From positions 7,500-71,499 of the forward strand of contig JAHXIP010000009.1 in assembly GCA_025655575.1 (NCBI GenBank): a stretch of DNA of 64,000 nt, in the 5' to 3' direction. This DNA comes from Candidatus Thiodiazotropha sp. (ex Monitilora ramsayi) (GTDB lineage Bacteria; Pseudomonadota; Gammaproteobacteria; Chromatiales; Chromatiaceae). Each line of letters starts with the position of its first letter. The stretch's first letter is position 1. This document shows positions 8,807-19,626 of the stretch, one piece after another. A program made the translations under genes and the position numbers. The notes beneath the pieces were generated by a model. The model did no database searches and was not told where the DNA came from. It was given only the letters and a program-made list of their open reading frames with translations.

Positions 8807-9949
8807 TTAGCGAATCTGCTCGTCAATCAGTGTGAGAATACGCTGAGCAATCTCAGCATTATCCCGCTCACCTGCCTGATCACGTACGATGACTTGGGTC
8901 TCGTCATCAACTTCGGTTAGCTTGACCTGATACTGGACTTTGTCATCAATTTCAGATTCATCGTCACGCCAGAAGGCAAGCTTGGAGAAAAACCCTTTCT
9001 TCTCTGCCCTGTCACTGTCCAGCTGATTGTAGCGGACATAGTAGATACCAGCGCTACGGTCCCTATCCTCGACGGCAAAACCGACGCGATCGAGAGCAAC
9101 ACCGGTCAGACGCCAAGCGCGGGCAAAACCCTCCCTGATATAGAGCTCGCTCACCTGCGCGGTCTTCACCAGTCTGGAACGTGGTTGTGCCTCTTGCTCC
9201 TGGGCAAGCAGGGTCTCGGCCTGTTCCTGGGTAATACCAAGATGCAGCATGAGGCTGCGCAACATGGCCGCCTCAATCCCAGGATCGTTGGGTCTCGGCG
9301 TCCAATAGGTGGTATCCGCCTCTCCACTGACGTTTTCCACCAGTTTCTCTTCCATACCGCGATGGGTCAAATAGAGCTCTGTGGTGCCCGGCTGCTGTCC
9401 CGGCTCCAGCCGTACCCGGAATTGATCACGAGTGGCCGAGGAGTAAATACCACCAACAGCTTTGCGAAAAAACTCGGTAATGGCTCCCTGTTTGATATCG
9501 GCCCGGCTCTCAAGCCAATCCGTCTTCATCACACCGATGGCTGGGTCCTGCTCCACCAACAACAGACCGTTCTTCCGCCAGAAATCGACCACCTTGGGCC
9601 AAACTTGTTGCGGCTCACCCTGTATTACCAGCCAACGCTGATCGCCATCACGTTGAACAGAGAGGTTCTCAAAATCGGGTAATACCTCGCCATCAACGGC
9701 AACACCGTATGACACTTGTTTATCCCGCTGGGTGTAGGCCTCATAGGATGCGCCGCCAGCACCCGGCACCACCATGGCATCCTGAATGGCGGAACGGGTA
9801 AGATCTGGCGGCACTTCCAGATCCTGCACTGTCTCACGCTGCTTGCGATATTCCCGCTCCGAGTCAGAGAAGAAACCGCCATTGGAACTGCAGCCGGTCA
9901 ACATGAGGAGCAGCAGGAGAATCGAAAAAGGATAGAGAATAAACTGCAT
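8807..9949 (-). CDS. bamC: Outer membrane protein assembly lipoprotein BamC/NlpB
   Basis: Lipobox LTGC, LEVPPDL, DGDQRWLV, GVMKTDWLE, RDQFRVRLE; conserved position directly downstream of dapA. Confidence 0.85.
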   Translation of the reverse strand: MQFILYPFSILLLLLMLTGCSSNGGFFSDSEREYRKQRETVQDLEVPPDLTRSAIQDAMVVPGAGGASYEAYTQRDKQVSYGVAVDGEVLPDFENLSVQRDGDQRWLVIQGEPQQVWPKVVDFWRKNGLLLVEQDPAIGVMKTDWLESRADIKQGAITEFFRKAVGGIYSSATRDQFRVRLEPGQQPGTTELYLTHRGMEEKLVENVSGEADTTYWTPRPNDPGIEAAMLRSLMLHLGITQEQAETLLAQEQEAQPRSRLVKTAQVSELYIREGFARAWRLTGVALDRVGFAVEDRDRSAGIYYVRYNQLDSDRAEKKGFFSKLAFWRDDESEIDDKVQYQVKLTEVDDETQVIVRDQAGERDNAEIAQRILTLIDEQIR

Positions 9950-10097
9950 GTCAGGATAGATCAGTCTGGTGGTGGTTATCAGTTCCCGCCTCTCGACGGA
10001 TCGAATTTTTTACTTCTCAAGACAGGGCATTCCACCCTAGCTACATGCCAGAGTCGGACCTCCACTCTGCATGAAAAGTTGCAGTGGTTCACGCGCT

Positions 10098-10973
10098 TCA
10101 AAGAACGCCGGCCTGCTGCATTGCGCCTGTCACATCAGCCTCGGCTGCAGGGCTCAACCAGGTCAACGGCAAGCGGATGCCAGTATCGCAGAAACCCATT
10201 TTTGCCATCGCCCATTTGACTGGGATGGGACTCGACTCCACAAATAAAGCCTTATGCAACCCCAACAACTTGGCGTCTGTGGCTTCAGCAGCCTCCCGCT
10301 GGCCGGCCAATGCCTGAGCAACCATCTCATGCATGAGTTTTGGCGCCACGTTGGCCGTCACTGAGATAACACCATGCCCGCCCTGCAAGAGAAACTCACA
10401 GCCTGTGGCATCATCGCCGCTATACAGCTGGAAGCCCTCGCCGCACATTGCTCCGAGACTGGTCAGCCGGGAGAGATCGCCGGTGGCATCCTTGATACCG
10501 ATGATATTATCGATCTTTGCCAGCCGTGCGGCAGTCTCCGGCAGCAAGTCGCAGGCAGTCCGGCCAGGCACATTGTAAAGAATCTGAGGAATATCCACTG
10601 CCTCGGCAACGGCTTTATAATGCAGGAACAACCCTTCCTGAGTCGGCTTGTTGTAGTAGGGCGTCACCAGCAGACAGGCATCCGCGCCCGCTGCCTTGGC
10701 ACAACGCGTCAAATCGATTGCCTCGCGGGTGGAGTTGGCCCCGGTACCGGCTATGACGGGGATGCGCCCGGCCACAGCACTGACCACCTGGCGAATCACC
10801 TCGCAGTGCTCTGCCTCATCCAGGGTCGCTGACTCGCCGGTAGTGCCCACCGCAACGATAGCGTCACTTCCCTGCTCAATGTGAAATTCGACCAGACGCC
10901 CCAACGCAGCGGCATCTACGCTGCCATCCTGCGTCATGGGAGTGATCATTGCTACCATACTGCCTTGAAACAT
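10098..10973 (-). CDS. dapA: 4-hydroxy-tetrahydrodipicolinate synthase
   Basis: [32 protein letters not shown]. Start set at MFQGSMVA (ATG 10973). Confidence 0.97.
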   Translation of the reverse strand: MFQGSMVAMITPMTQDGSVDAAALGRLVEFHIEQGSDAIVAVGTTGESATLDEAEHCEVIRQVVSAVAGRIPVIAGTGANSTREAIDLTRCAKAAGADACLLVTPYYNKPTQEGLFLHYKAVAEAVDIPQILYNVPGRTACDLLPETAARLAKIDNIIGIKDATGDLSRLTSLGAMCGEGFQLYSGDDATGCEFLLQGGHGVISVTANVAPKLMHEMVAQALAGQREAAEATDAKLLGLHKALFVESSPIPVKWAMAKMGFCDTGIRLPLTWLSPAAEADVTGAMQQAGVL

Positions 10974-11146
10974 TAGAATCGTACTCAATCTTCCTGGCTC
11001 AATCGGCAATGGTATCCTGTGCTTCACAATCCTGACAAGTAAAGAAACCGGGGCTTGCCGTATAACGCTTTTTCCGATAGATAGTGCCCCCAGATGTTAC
11101 ACTTGGCATACGACTATTAAATTACCTAGCAACGGCGCACTTTTAC

Positions 11147-11689
11147 ATGTCCTCAACACCCAATAACTATCTGGTCATTTCCGCACTCGGTAAAGACCGC
11201 CCGGGCATCGTCAAGGCCCTCTCCAAGAAGATCCTCGATGAGGGTTGCAATATCACCGACAGCCGCATGACTGTGCTGGGTGGTGAATTTGCCGTCCTGA
11301 TCCTGACAGAGGGCCACTGGAACACCCTGGCCAAACTCGAAAATGCCCTGCCGGAGCTACAGGAAGAGCTGGATCTGACCATTATCAGCAGACGGACTGA
11401 AGAGAAGGCGCCGTCGAGCAATCTCCTGCCCTACATGGTCGAAGTGGTCTCGATGGACCACCCGGGCATCGTCAACCAGCTGGCTGAATTCTTCTCCGGA
11501 CGTAATATCAATATCGAAGATATGATGACCGCCAGCTATTCCGCGGCACATACCGGCACGCCGATGTTTTCCGTTCACATGAGCGTCGGCATTCCTGCAG
11601 ATATCCATATCGCAGGACTGCGTGATGAGTTCATGGACTACTGTGACGGACTCAACCTCGACGCGGTCATCGAACCTATCAAGGGTTAG
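11147..11689 (+). CDS. gcvR: GcvR-like tandem ACT-domain regulator
   Basis: Two ACT motifs (GKDRPGIV, SMDHPGIV); divergent from dapA and upstream of bcp, as in enterobacteria. Start at MSSTPNNY. Confidence 0.8.
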   Translation: MSSTPNNYLVISALGKDRPGIVKALSKKILDEGCNITDSRMTVLGGEFAVLILTEGHWNTLAKLENALPELQEELDLTIISRRTEEKAPSSNLLPYMVEVVSMDHPGIVNQLAEFFSGRNINIEDMMTASYSAAHTGTPMFSVHMSVGIPADIHIAGLRDEFMDYCDGLNLDAVIEPIKG

Positions 11690-11786
11690 ACCCGAGGTTG
11701 CATAACCGGTTTGAGGCATTGACGGACCTCGTGATATCGTCAGTGTTAACAGTTCCTAGACAATATTCCGGAGTATCCCGCAAGCC

Positions 11787-12272
11787 ATGAGCAAAATTGC
11801 TATCGGCAAACCCGTACCCGACATCGAACTGCCCGCCACCGGCAATAAACAGATCAAGCTCTCTGATTTCCGGGGCAAACCCGTCATCCTCTATTTCTAT
11901 CCCAAAGCCAGCACCCCTGGCTGTACACAGGAAGGCCTCGATTTTACAGCAGCCATCGCCAAATTCCGGCGACAGTCCGCTGTCATCCTTGGCGCCTCCC
12001 GGGACAGCCTCAAAGCGCAGGAAAACTTCAAAGCCAAGCAGGGCTTCCCTTTCGAGCTTCTCTCCGACAAAGAAGAGGCACTCTGCCAGGCCTTTGATGT
12101 GATCAAGATGAAATCGATGTACGGCAAACAGGTCAGAGGTATCGAGCGCAGCACCTTCCTGATCGATGCCGAGGGCATCCTGCGGCAGGCTTGGCGCAAG
12201 GTAAAGGTCAAAGGGCACGTGGATGAAGTCTTGGATGCACTGAAAGCCATGCGTGCAGGTAACTTGCACTGA
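11787..12272 (+). CDS. bcp: Peroxiredoxin BCP
   Basis: YFYPKASTPGCTQE active site, GIERSTFLID. Confidence 0.93.
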   Translation: MSKIAIGKPVPDIELPATGNKQIKLSDFRGKPVILYFYPKASTPGCTQEGLDFTAAIAKFRRQSAVILGASRDSLKAQENFKAKQGFPFELLSDKEEALCQAFDVIKMKSMYGKQVRGIERSTFLIDAEGILRQAWRKVKVKGHVDEVLDALKAMRAGNLH

Positions 12273-12392
12273 ACAAGCGCTTTAGACAGTATTTGGGTCC
12301 AATCCCTTTACACCTTCGGCGACGGTTCTGTTGGCTTAACGCCGGCACAAACCGCCGCAAATCTATCACTATCCCAGTTTTCGAGATATCAC

Positions 12393-13802
12393 ATGCCTGA
12401 AACAGCCCAGGAAAGACCCCGGCTTTTTGTTCTTGATACCAATGTGCTGATGCATGATCCCACGGCACTGTTCCGATTCAAGGAGCACGATATTTTTCTA
12501 CCCATGGTGGTACTTGAGGAGCTCGACAAGGGTAAAAAGGGTATGTCCGAGGTGGCGCGCAATGTTCGCCAGACCAGCCGTTTTCTGGACGAACTCATGT
12601 CCCACGTACCGCAGCACGACATCAGTCAGGGCATTCCGCTCAACACACTGCAATTGAACGGTGCGGTTGAGAATTTGTCCGGACTACTGTTCGTGCAGAC
12701 CAAACCTGTCGAGGTGGAGTTACCATCGTCACTACCGGGCAATACCCCCGACAACAACATTCTGGCCACTGCCCTCAGCTTACAGACAGAACATCCTGAT
12801 AAGCGGGTGATCCTGGTCTCAAAGGACATCAATCTCCGCATCAAGGCAACAGTGCTGGGTATCAAAGCGGAAGACTACTCGAACGACAAGGTCCTTGAGG
12901 ATGTCAATCTTCTCTATAACGGGTTTGACAAGCTACCGGACAGTTTCTGGGAGCTGCATACCAAGGAGCTGGAATCCTGGCAGGAAGAGGGTCGTACCTT
13001 CTACCGTGTCTCCGGACCTGATACCGAAGCCTGGTACCCCAGCCAATGCCTCTATATGTCGGGTGATGAGGGTTTTCATGCCATCGTGCGCGAAAAACAA
13101 GACGACAATGTGATCATCGAACTGGCGGAAGATTACAGTAACCCCAAACACGCAGTCTGGGGCATCACGGCACGCAATCAGGAACAAAACTTTGCCCTCA
13201 ATATGCTGCTCGATCCCGAGCTGGATTTCGTCTCACTCCTGGGCAGTGCCGGTACCGGCAAGACCCTGCTCACCCTCGCTGCCGGTTTGGTGCAAACCCT
13301 GGATCTCAACCTCTATCGAGAGATCATCATGACTCGCGTGACTGTGCCTGTGGGCGAGGACATCGGTTTTCTACCGGGTACAGAAGAGGAAAAAATGACC
13401 CCCTGGATGGGTGCCTTGATGGATAACCTGGAGGTACTTACTCAAACCGAAGGAGGTGAATGGGGCCGTGCTGCGACGGAAGATCTGCTACGCAGCCGCA
13501 TACGCATACACTCCCTCAACTTCATGCGCGGGCGTACTTTTCTCAACAAATACATCATTCTGGATGAGGCACAGAATCTGACACCGAAACAGATGAAAAC
13601 GCTGATCACCCGGGCCGGACCCGGCACAAAAATCGTCTGCCTGGGAAATGTGGCGCAGATCGATACACCCTACCTGACGGAAACCACCTCGGGACTCACC
13701 TACGCTGTGGACCGCTTCAAGGATTGGCCACACAGTGGCCACATCACGCTACAGCGGGGTGAGCGTTCACGGCTGGCTGACTTTGCTTCTGACAACCTGT
13801 GA
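12393..13802 (+). CDS. PIN-PhoH ATPase (PhoH2-type)
   Basis: N-terminal PIN motif VLDTNVL, DNNIL, VSKDINLR; Walker A GSAGTGKT; NFMRGRTF, DEAQN, LGNVAQID. Confidence 0.92.
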   Translation: MPETAQERPRLFVLDTNVLMHDPTALFRFKEHDIFLPMVVLEELDKGKKGMSEVARNVRQTSRFLDELMSHVPQHDISQGIPLNTLQLNGAVENLSGLLFVQTKPVEVELPSSLPGNTPDNNILATALSLQTEHPDKRVILVSKDINLRIKATVLGIKAEDYSNDKVLEDVNLLYNGFDKLPDSFWELHTKELESWQEEGRTFYRVSGPDTEAWYPSQCLYMSGDEGFHAIVREKQDDNVIIELAEDYSNPKHAVWGITARNQEQNFALNMLLDPELDFVSLLGSAGTGKTLLTLAAGLVQTLDLNLYREIIMTRVTVPVGEDIGFLPGTEEEKMTPWMGALMDNLEVLTQTEGGEWGRAATEDLLRSRIRIHSLNFMRGRTFLNKYIILDEAQNLTPKQMKTLITRAGPGTKIVCLGNVAQIDTPYLTETTSGLTYAVDRFKDWPHSGHITLQRGERSRLADFASDNL

Positions 13803-13869
13803 GACGACAGTGACTGGCAAGGTTGCAGGGGTGGGAGTTAAAAGGAAACGTTGAACCAGTCATGGCTGA

Positions 13870-16719
13870 TTAAATATCACCCTTCTCTGCGATGACACGG
13901 AGTTCGCTAACGGTCTTGCGAAAAATATCGGCCGCTTGATTGTAGCTGTTCACCAGATCACTGGAATCCCCCTCCCTACCCTTGAACTCGAGGTCCCTGG
14001 CCAACACTGAAAGCTCCATGGCGCCCACATTGGCACTGCTCGATTTCAATGGATGTGCAGATTTCACCAAGGCATCCATGTCCCCTGTCTTAACCGCATC
14101 ACGTATACCGTGCATCAAGCCTGGGGCACTCTTGAGATAGCTCTCAATGATAGAGACAAAATCCTCCTCCATGATCTCGTACAACTCCTTGAGCACACTG
14201 CGATCGATGACCCCATGTGATCCCATAATCTCTACTCCAAAATCGCTTGTTGCTTGTGTCATATCCGCCGTAGCTTGATGGCTTTCAGGCACAGCTTCCT
14301 CCATCGGTGCGGCTTGATCAACCACCCCCCCCGGAAGTACCTCCTCCATGGGCAGCCACTGACGCAGCATATTTTCCAGCTGTGAAGGCTTAACCGGTTT
14401 TGACAGATAATCATCCATGCCCACGGCCAAGCAACGCTCCCTGTCTCCCGCCATGGCATTGGCCGTCATGGCAATTACCGGCAGCCGCATTAACCCCTGC
14501 TGAATCTCCCGCTCACGGATAGCCTCAGTAGCCTCATAACCATCCATTCGCGGCATCTGACAGTCCATCAGAACCACATCGAACTGCTCCCCACGCAGGA
14601 TCTCCATGGCCTCAACACCGTCATTGGCCGTGACAGGAGAAAGACCCGCTTTTTCCAGCATCTTTTTGACAACCGCCTGATTGACGGGATTATCCTCCAC
14701 CACCAGTACCCTGCCGACGAGTTTTGTGTGATGAGCGGGTGACTTATCCTGTTCCACCAGATCATCTTCCGGCACAGGTATCTCTCCACCTGTCTGCTTG
14801 TCGAGCCAGTTCAGGTGGTCATCCGGCAAACGGGGCACCGGCTCATCACCCGGCGCCGTATGCACAGTCGAACTCTGTTCCACATCCAGCATGCGCTCTA
14901 TTCGCTGCCTGATCTCTTTCTGTTTTATCGATCCGGCCACAACATCAACGCCCATACTCTCCAGGCTTGCGAGTTCACTCTCTTTCACATTCATCACCAG
15001 AATATGGACATCTCGCATGTGGGCTATTTCCCTGGCGTTACCAATCAGCTGAAACAAACCGGAGGCATGCTGGGCGGCATCGATCAACATCAGCTCATAT
15101 CGCCAACTAAGCCCGAGATTCGCAGAAGTCTTAAGCTTGTTCAAAGCATCGTATTGATCGGCAGCGAATTCCAACAACATGCCGGCATTGCGCAGGGTAT
15201 GCGTCAACGGCTGAACCTCTGCAGACGATTCAGAGGCGAGTACCAAGGTTCGGATATCGCGCAGGTTTCGACGGCTTGAGGGCATGTCCTGCAGCGACTT
15301 GCGCATGGGTAGAATAAACCAGAAGTAGGAACCCTGGCCTTTGTGTGACTTGACTCCGATTCGCCCTCCCATCAACTCCGTCAAGCGCTTACAGATAGCG
15401 AGTCCTAGACCGGTACCACCATGCTTCCGCGTCGTTGAAGCATCGGCCTGTGAGAAGGGTTCGAATAGTCTCTGTACCTGCTCCTCTGTCATACCTAACC
15501 CTGTGTCCCTGACAGCAAATAACAGATCCACTTCGGTTCGAGACGACTGGCGGACCGACACCTCAACACAGACCTCTCCCTGCTCCGTAAATTTGACCGC
15601 ATTACTCACCAGGTTGGTGAGTATCTGGCGCAACCGTATCGGGTCCCCTCTCACGTTCCGGGGTACGCCATTCTCAATCTTATACATCAGCTTGAGGCCC
15701 CGCCTGTCAGCGGCATTCTTCATCAGTGAAGTGACCTGCTCGATGATATTGACCAGGTTGATCTCGATAAACTCCAGATCCAGTTTGCCCGCCTCGATTT
15801 TAGAGAAATCGAGGATATCGTTAATAATGCTCAGCAGTACCTGTGAAGAATTGAGGGCTGTGGTGACGAAATGCTTCTGCTCACCATCCAGACGAGTCTC
15901 ACGCAGCATCTCCAGAATTGGCAGGATACCGTTGAGTGGCGTGCGGATTTCGTGACTCATGGTGGCGAGAAATTCAGACTTCGCCATATTGGCGCCCTCA
16001 GCTGCCTCCTTGGCAAGAAACAGTTCTTGCTCCACCGTCTGTCGTTGATCATTCTCATCCGTGAGCCGATTACGCATCTCGGTAAGATTGGTTTCAGACG
16101 CCACCATCCGCTCATGCAACAACGCCCGGTTGGCAGCCATTAGCAGGTAGCCTTGTTGATAATAGGTCATCCAAGCCGAAAGAATGAGAAGCGCCAAGGA
16201 ATAGGCGATGAGCCCGGTAATGAAGTCAGCCGAAATGATATTGCCTTGAGCCGAGAGATTTAACAACAACAGGCTTATCGCTGAAAGCACGAAAACAATG
16301 CTAAAGAAGGTATCAACCGTTAACAGTAGCGTTGTCAAAAGAAAAATGGTGCCAACCAGGATAACATCCACCGTGGCATGCTCATCGTAAGCAGGATACT
16401 GCATGACATGTATCAACGCAGCACCCCAGAGAACGCCCAGTAGTAAAACACCAGGCAGAAAAGCGTATCGCCAGAGCTGCAATCTCACTAGCGAGACGTT
16501 GCGAACAAAGAGGGTAAGAATGGTCTGCCCTAATAGAACACTGGCGAGCAACCCTCCCCAAAAGAGTCCCAAGGGAGATGCCCAGCCCTGGTTCACATAG
16601 AAAAACAGTAGCCCGGCGATGATATTCGCCACAATTAGCGTAATACCATTGGTATAGAGAATGCGTACCCGCTCCTCTTTCACCTTTAGCTCTTCGTTGT
16701 GCAGATCAGACATAATCAA
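13870..16719 (-). CDS. Membrane hybrid sensor histidine kinase (TM-HisKA-HATPase-REC-like-REC-Hpt)
   Basis: [53 protein letters not shown]; Hpt [13 protein letters not shown]. Confidence 0.92.
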   Translation of the reverse strand: MIMSDLHNEELKVKEERVRILYTNGITLIVANIIAGLLFFYVNQGWASPLGLFWGGLLASVLLGQTILTLFVRNVSLVRLQLWRYAFLPGVLLLGVLWGAALIHVMQYPAYDEHATVDVILVGTIFLLTTLLLTVDTFFSIVFVLSAISLLLLNLSAQGNIISADFITGLIAYSLALLILSAWMTYYQQGYLLMAANRALLHERMVASETNLTEMRNRLTDENDQRQTVEQELFLAKEAAEGANMAKSEFLATMSHEIRTPLNGILPILEMLRETRLDGEQKHFVTTALNSSQVLLSIINDILDFSKIEAGKLDLEFIEINLVNIIEQVTSLMKNAADRRGLKLMYKIENGVPRNVRGDPIRLRQILTNLVSNAVKFTEQGEVCVEVSVRQSSRTEVDLLFAVRDTGLGMTEEQVQRLFEPFSQADASTTRKHGGTGLGLAICKRLTELMGGRIGVKSHKGQGSYFWFILPMRKSLQDMPSSRRNLRDIRTLVLASESSAEVQPLTHTLRNAGMLLEFAADQYDALNKLKTSANLGLSWRYELMLIDAAQHASGLFQLIGNAREIAHMRDVHILVMNVKESELASLESMGVDVVAGSIKQKEIRQRIERMLDVEQSSTVHTAPGDEPVPRLPDDHLNWLDKQTGGEIPVPEDDLVEQDKSPAHHTKLVGRVLVVEDNPVNQAVVKKMLEKAGLSPVTANDGVEAMEILRGEQFDVVLMDCQMPRMDGYEATEAIREREIQQGLMRLPVIAMTANAMAGDRERCLAVGMDDYLSKPVKPSQLENMLRQWLPMEEVLPGGVVDQAAPMEEAVPESHQATADMTQATSDFGVEIMGSHGVIDRSVLKELYEIMEEDFVSIIESYLKSAPGLMHGIRDAVKTGDMDALVKSAHPLKSSSANVGAMELSVLARDLEFKGREGDSSDLVNSYNQAADIFRKTVSELRVIAEKGDI

Positions 16720-16903
16720 ATACTTGCTGGTCTCACAGGACTACTGCGATATATTATGATGTAAGTTTGTATATCGACCGAATCCAGCACAGCCTTGAGC
16801 ACAAGCCCCTGATGCGGTCCTGTCGTTTTACAAATGGCTTATCATGATACCCTGACAGGACGCCCTTGGCACCCAACACTGTACACCCCCCGAAAACAAG
16901 ACA

Positions 16904-17590
16904 TTGATCTCAGATAATCAGCAAATCTCAGCTATTATTCGGCAGTTCAACTTTCTGCAGGAGGCGGATGAGGATTTCCGTGAAATTTTCTTCAAGCACG
17001 CCACCCTGTCCAGAATCGATGCACCCCAACCCATCTGTGATCAAGGTACACAATGCAGTCATCTCGCTTTGGTTCTTGAGGGGACGGCAAGGGTCTACAA
17101 GTTGGGGGAAAATGGACGCGAGATTACACTCTATCGCATCGGTCCAGGTGAGAGCTGCATCCTCACCGCCTCCTGTATCATCAGCGGCAAACCTTTTCCG
17201 GCCTTCGCCATCTGTGAAGCACCCATAGAAGCGTTGGTGATTCATACCGCAGAAGTCAAACGTTGGACAAATCAGTTCACCGTTTGGCGCAACTATATGT
17301 TCACCCTGATCAGTGATCGTCTTGGCGATGTAATCAGTGTAGTGGAAGAGATCGCTTTTCGGCGCGTCGACAGGCGACTGGCAAGTTACCTTCTGCAGCG
17401 AGGCACCTCAATTGGTGACGATGATATAAAAATCACACACCAAGCCATCGCCTCAGACCTGGGGACTTCTCGCGAGGTGATAAGCCGCATCCTGAAAGAC
17501 TTCGAGCATCAGGGACTGATATCGGTTGCCCGCGGCTTTGTGCGTTTGAATGACGCCCAGGGGCTAGCCGAGAAAACCCATGAAAACTAA
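16904..17590 (+). CDS. Crp/Fnr-family transcriptional regulator
   Basis: cNMP-like beta-roll (LEGTARVYK, GREITLY, GESC) and HTH ITHQAIASDLGTSREVISR. Confidence 0.92.
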   Translation: MISDNQQISAIIRQFNFLQEADEDFREIFFKHATLSRIDAPQPICDQGTQCSHLALVLEGTARVYKLGENGREITLYRIGPGESCILTASCIISGKPFPAFAICEAPIEALVIHTAEVKRWTNQFTVWRNYMFTLISDRLGDVISVVEEIAFRRVDRRLASYLLQRGTSIGDDDIKITHQAIASDLGTSREVISRILKDFEHQGLISVARGFVRLNDAQGLAEKTHEN

Positions 17591-17601
17591 ACTGAAATCT
17601 C

Positions 17602-17616
17602 TGTGACAATGTCACA
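17602..17616. promoter_or_regulatory. Perfect palindrome, candidate operator upstream of the DUF2892 gene
   Basis: TGTGACA-A-TGTCACA. CRP-like half sites but with a 5-nt rather than 6-nt spacer. Confidence 0.45.
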
Positions 17617-17727
17617 TACACCCCATCTGACAACAAGTACCATTGAAATATGACTCATTGACTGAAGTGATGCTTCAGTTTCAATTTGAGACTTATCCAA
17701 AACGTGAATATTTTTTAGGAGTTAATC

Positions 17728-17916
17728 ATGGCACAGAATGTCGGAGGTATCGATCGCGGACTGCGTATCATAGCAGGCGCTGCACTGCTCGTATGGGGTT
17801 TCGTCATAAGCCCTGAGCCAGTTTGGTGGGCGGCAATCGGCGCTGTACCCTTGCTGACCGGGCTAATCAGTTGGTGTCCGCTTTACCCCATCATAGGCTT
17901 CAGCAGTAAAAAATAA
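17728..17916 (+). CDS. DUF2892/YgaP-like small membrane protein
   Basis: NVGGIDR.LRI..G and GL..WCPLY motifs; AGGAG RBS. Confidence 0.85.
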   Translation: MAQNVGGIDRGLRIIAGAALLVWGFVISPEPVWWAAIGAVPLLTGLISWCPLYPIIGFSSKK

Positions 17917-18025
17917 TTAACTCGATGAATCGCTCAGGGCACCTGTTGCGATTCCAGCCTATTTTCATGAAGCAACCGGCCATATGGTCGGTTGTGAAAT
18001 AAGGCAATAATCTGCCATCCGGCCA

Positions 18026-19090
18026 CTAGGTCTGCAGCTCCTCATCTTCTGTTTTAGGCCATGCTTCCAATACCGCCTGCACCAGTGTTGCCAGTGGGAT
18101 AGCAAAGAAGACACCCCAAAACCCCCAAAACCCCCCAAAAACCAGAATCGCCACGATGATCGCAACCGGGTGTAGATCTACAACCTCAGAAAAGAGCAGC
18201 GGCACAAGCACATTGCCATCGAGCGCCTGGATCACCAGGTAGGCCACGGCCAGCCAGATAAAATCAGGCCCCCAACCCCATTGAAACCAAGCCACAAACA
18301 ATACCGGTATGGTCACAACAGCGGCACCGATGTAGGGGATGATAACCGACAACCCGACCATCACTGCCAACAGCAGCGCATAATTCAGGCCCAATAGGGT
18401 GAATGTTACCAGGCTGGCAGCCCAAACAATGACGATCTCCCAAAACTTACCTCGTACATAGTTGGCGATCTGCCGATCAACGTCTTTCCAGACAGTGCCG
18501 GCAAAATTTCTGTGCCTGGGCATGTGCTGAACCATCCAGTCGATAATCAAGCGCTTGTCCTTGAGAAAGAAGAACACCAGTAGCGGCATCAGAATCACGT
18601 AGACAATGAGCGTTATTACACCCACCACCGAAGCTAACGACCAAGAAACAGCCTGTTGGCCAAATGAGGCAATCTCATTTCTGATCTGGCCGATCAACTG
18701 ATCCACTTGAGTCTGAGGTATCAACTCCGGATAGCGCTCCGGTAACTGCATCAGGGCATCCTGTCCCATGGATATCATGGCCGGTAATTGCTGGACAAAA
18801 TCGGTGACCTGTCGAGAGAGTAGCGGCAACAACCCCAGCATAAACAGCGCAACGAATAGCATAAAAAGTATGAAGACAATGACCACAGAGAGCAGGCGGG
18901 GTATGGAACGCTTTTCCAACAGCGACACAATGCCTTCCAGCAAATAGGCAATCACGATACTGGCCAACACAGGGGCGAGCATATCCCCCATGGTGATAAC
19001 CACCCCAAAAAATATAATCAGGAAGAGTGTCAGAAAAACAATCTGCGGATCGGAGAAATAACGTTTGAACCAGTCGGTTATGACCTGCAT
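18026..19090 (-). CDS. AI-2E family transporter (PerM-like)
   Basis: Multi-TM protein with IPYIGA, QALDGNVLVP and DLHPVAIIVA motifs. Confidence 0.9.
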   Translation of the reverse strand: MQVITDWFKRYFSDPQIVFLTLFLIIFFGVVITMGDMLAPVLASIVIAYLLEGIVSLLEKRSIPRLLSVVIVFILFMLFVALFMLGLLPLLSRQVTDFVQQLPAMISMGQDALMQLPERYPELIPQTQVDQLIGQIRNEIASFGQQAVSWSLASVVGVITLIVYVILMPLLVFFFLKDKRLIIDWMVQHMPRHRNFAGTVWKDVDRQIANYVRGKFWEIVIVWAASLVTFTLLGLNYALLLAVMVGLSVIIPYIGAAVVTIPVLFVAWFQWGWGPDFIWLAVAYLVIQALDGNVLVPLLFSEVVDLHPVAIIVAILVFGGFWGFWGVFFAIPLATLVQAVLEAWPKTEDEELQT

Positions 19091-19129
19091 CTTAAACTCT
19101 TAACAGATTAGTGTCTCAGGCGGTAAAGC

Positions 19130-19513
19130 CTATTGATTCTCCAAATAGCGCTGGTAGTGCTCACTAAAAATCACCTCTAATTCATCGATGACTGAAACGG
19201 CATCCCGTCCCTGCATCACATGTGACATCATCAATGACGAGGTCTGATCAAGGAGATGTTCTCTCTCCAGCATATAGTAAGTTGCAGATAGGCGTTTGAT
19301 CGCCTTAACAACGGACTCCTGTCCAGGCCTTTCTATCGGCTTGGGTTCTTGAACTGAACTATCTTCAGTGTCAGCCGCACTATCGGCTCGAGAAGCCAGG
19401 AACTGGGCAAATGCCAACAGTGAATCACGATTTTGGCCATCCAACTCGCCAAACAGCGCTAGCAACTGCTTCTGATCGGCACTCAGATTCTTCTGTTTTG
19501 GCACGAATTGCAC
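19130..19513 (-). CDS. Hypothetical cytoplasmic protein
   Basis: Fills the gap in a co-oriented run (lysR, this gene, AI-2E); plausible helical composition; start uncertain (GTG 19513 or 19504). Confidence 0.7.
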   Translation of the reverse strand: MQFVPKQKNLSADQKQLLALFGELDGQNRDSLLAFAQFLASRADSAADTEDSSVQEPKPIERPGQESVVKAIKRLSATYYMLEREHLLDQTSSLMMSHVMQGRDAVSVIDELEVIFSEHYQRYLENQ

Positions 19514-19626
19514 GGTTAGCGCTCCTTCATGATCAAACTACTTATTGTTTCATCTGATGAAAAAACATCCAGACAACCCCGTTTAGGGTGGCTAAGCAGT
19601 AATTACAGATTTAGATTCGGTACCAA

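Noticed and set aside
18113-18141. CCCC(CC)AAAA repeats
   Set aside because: They simply encode GGFWGFWG in the AI-2E transporter.
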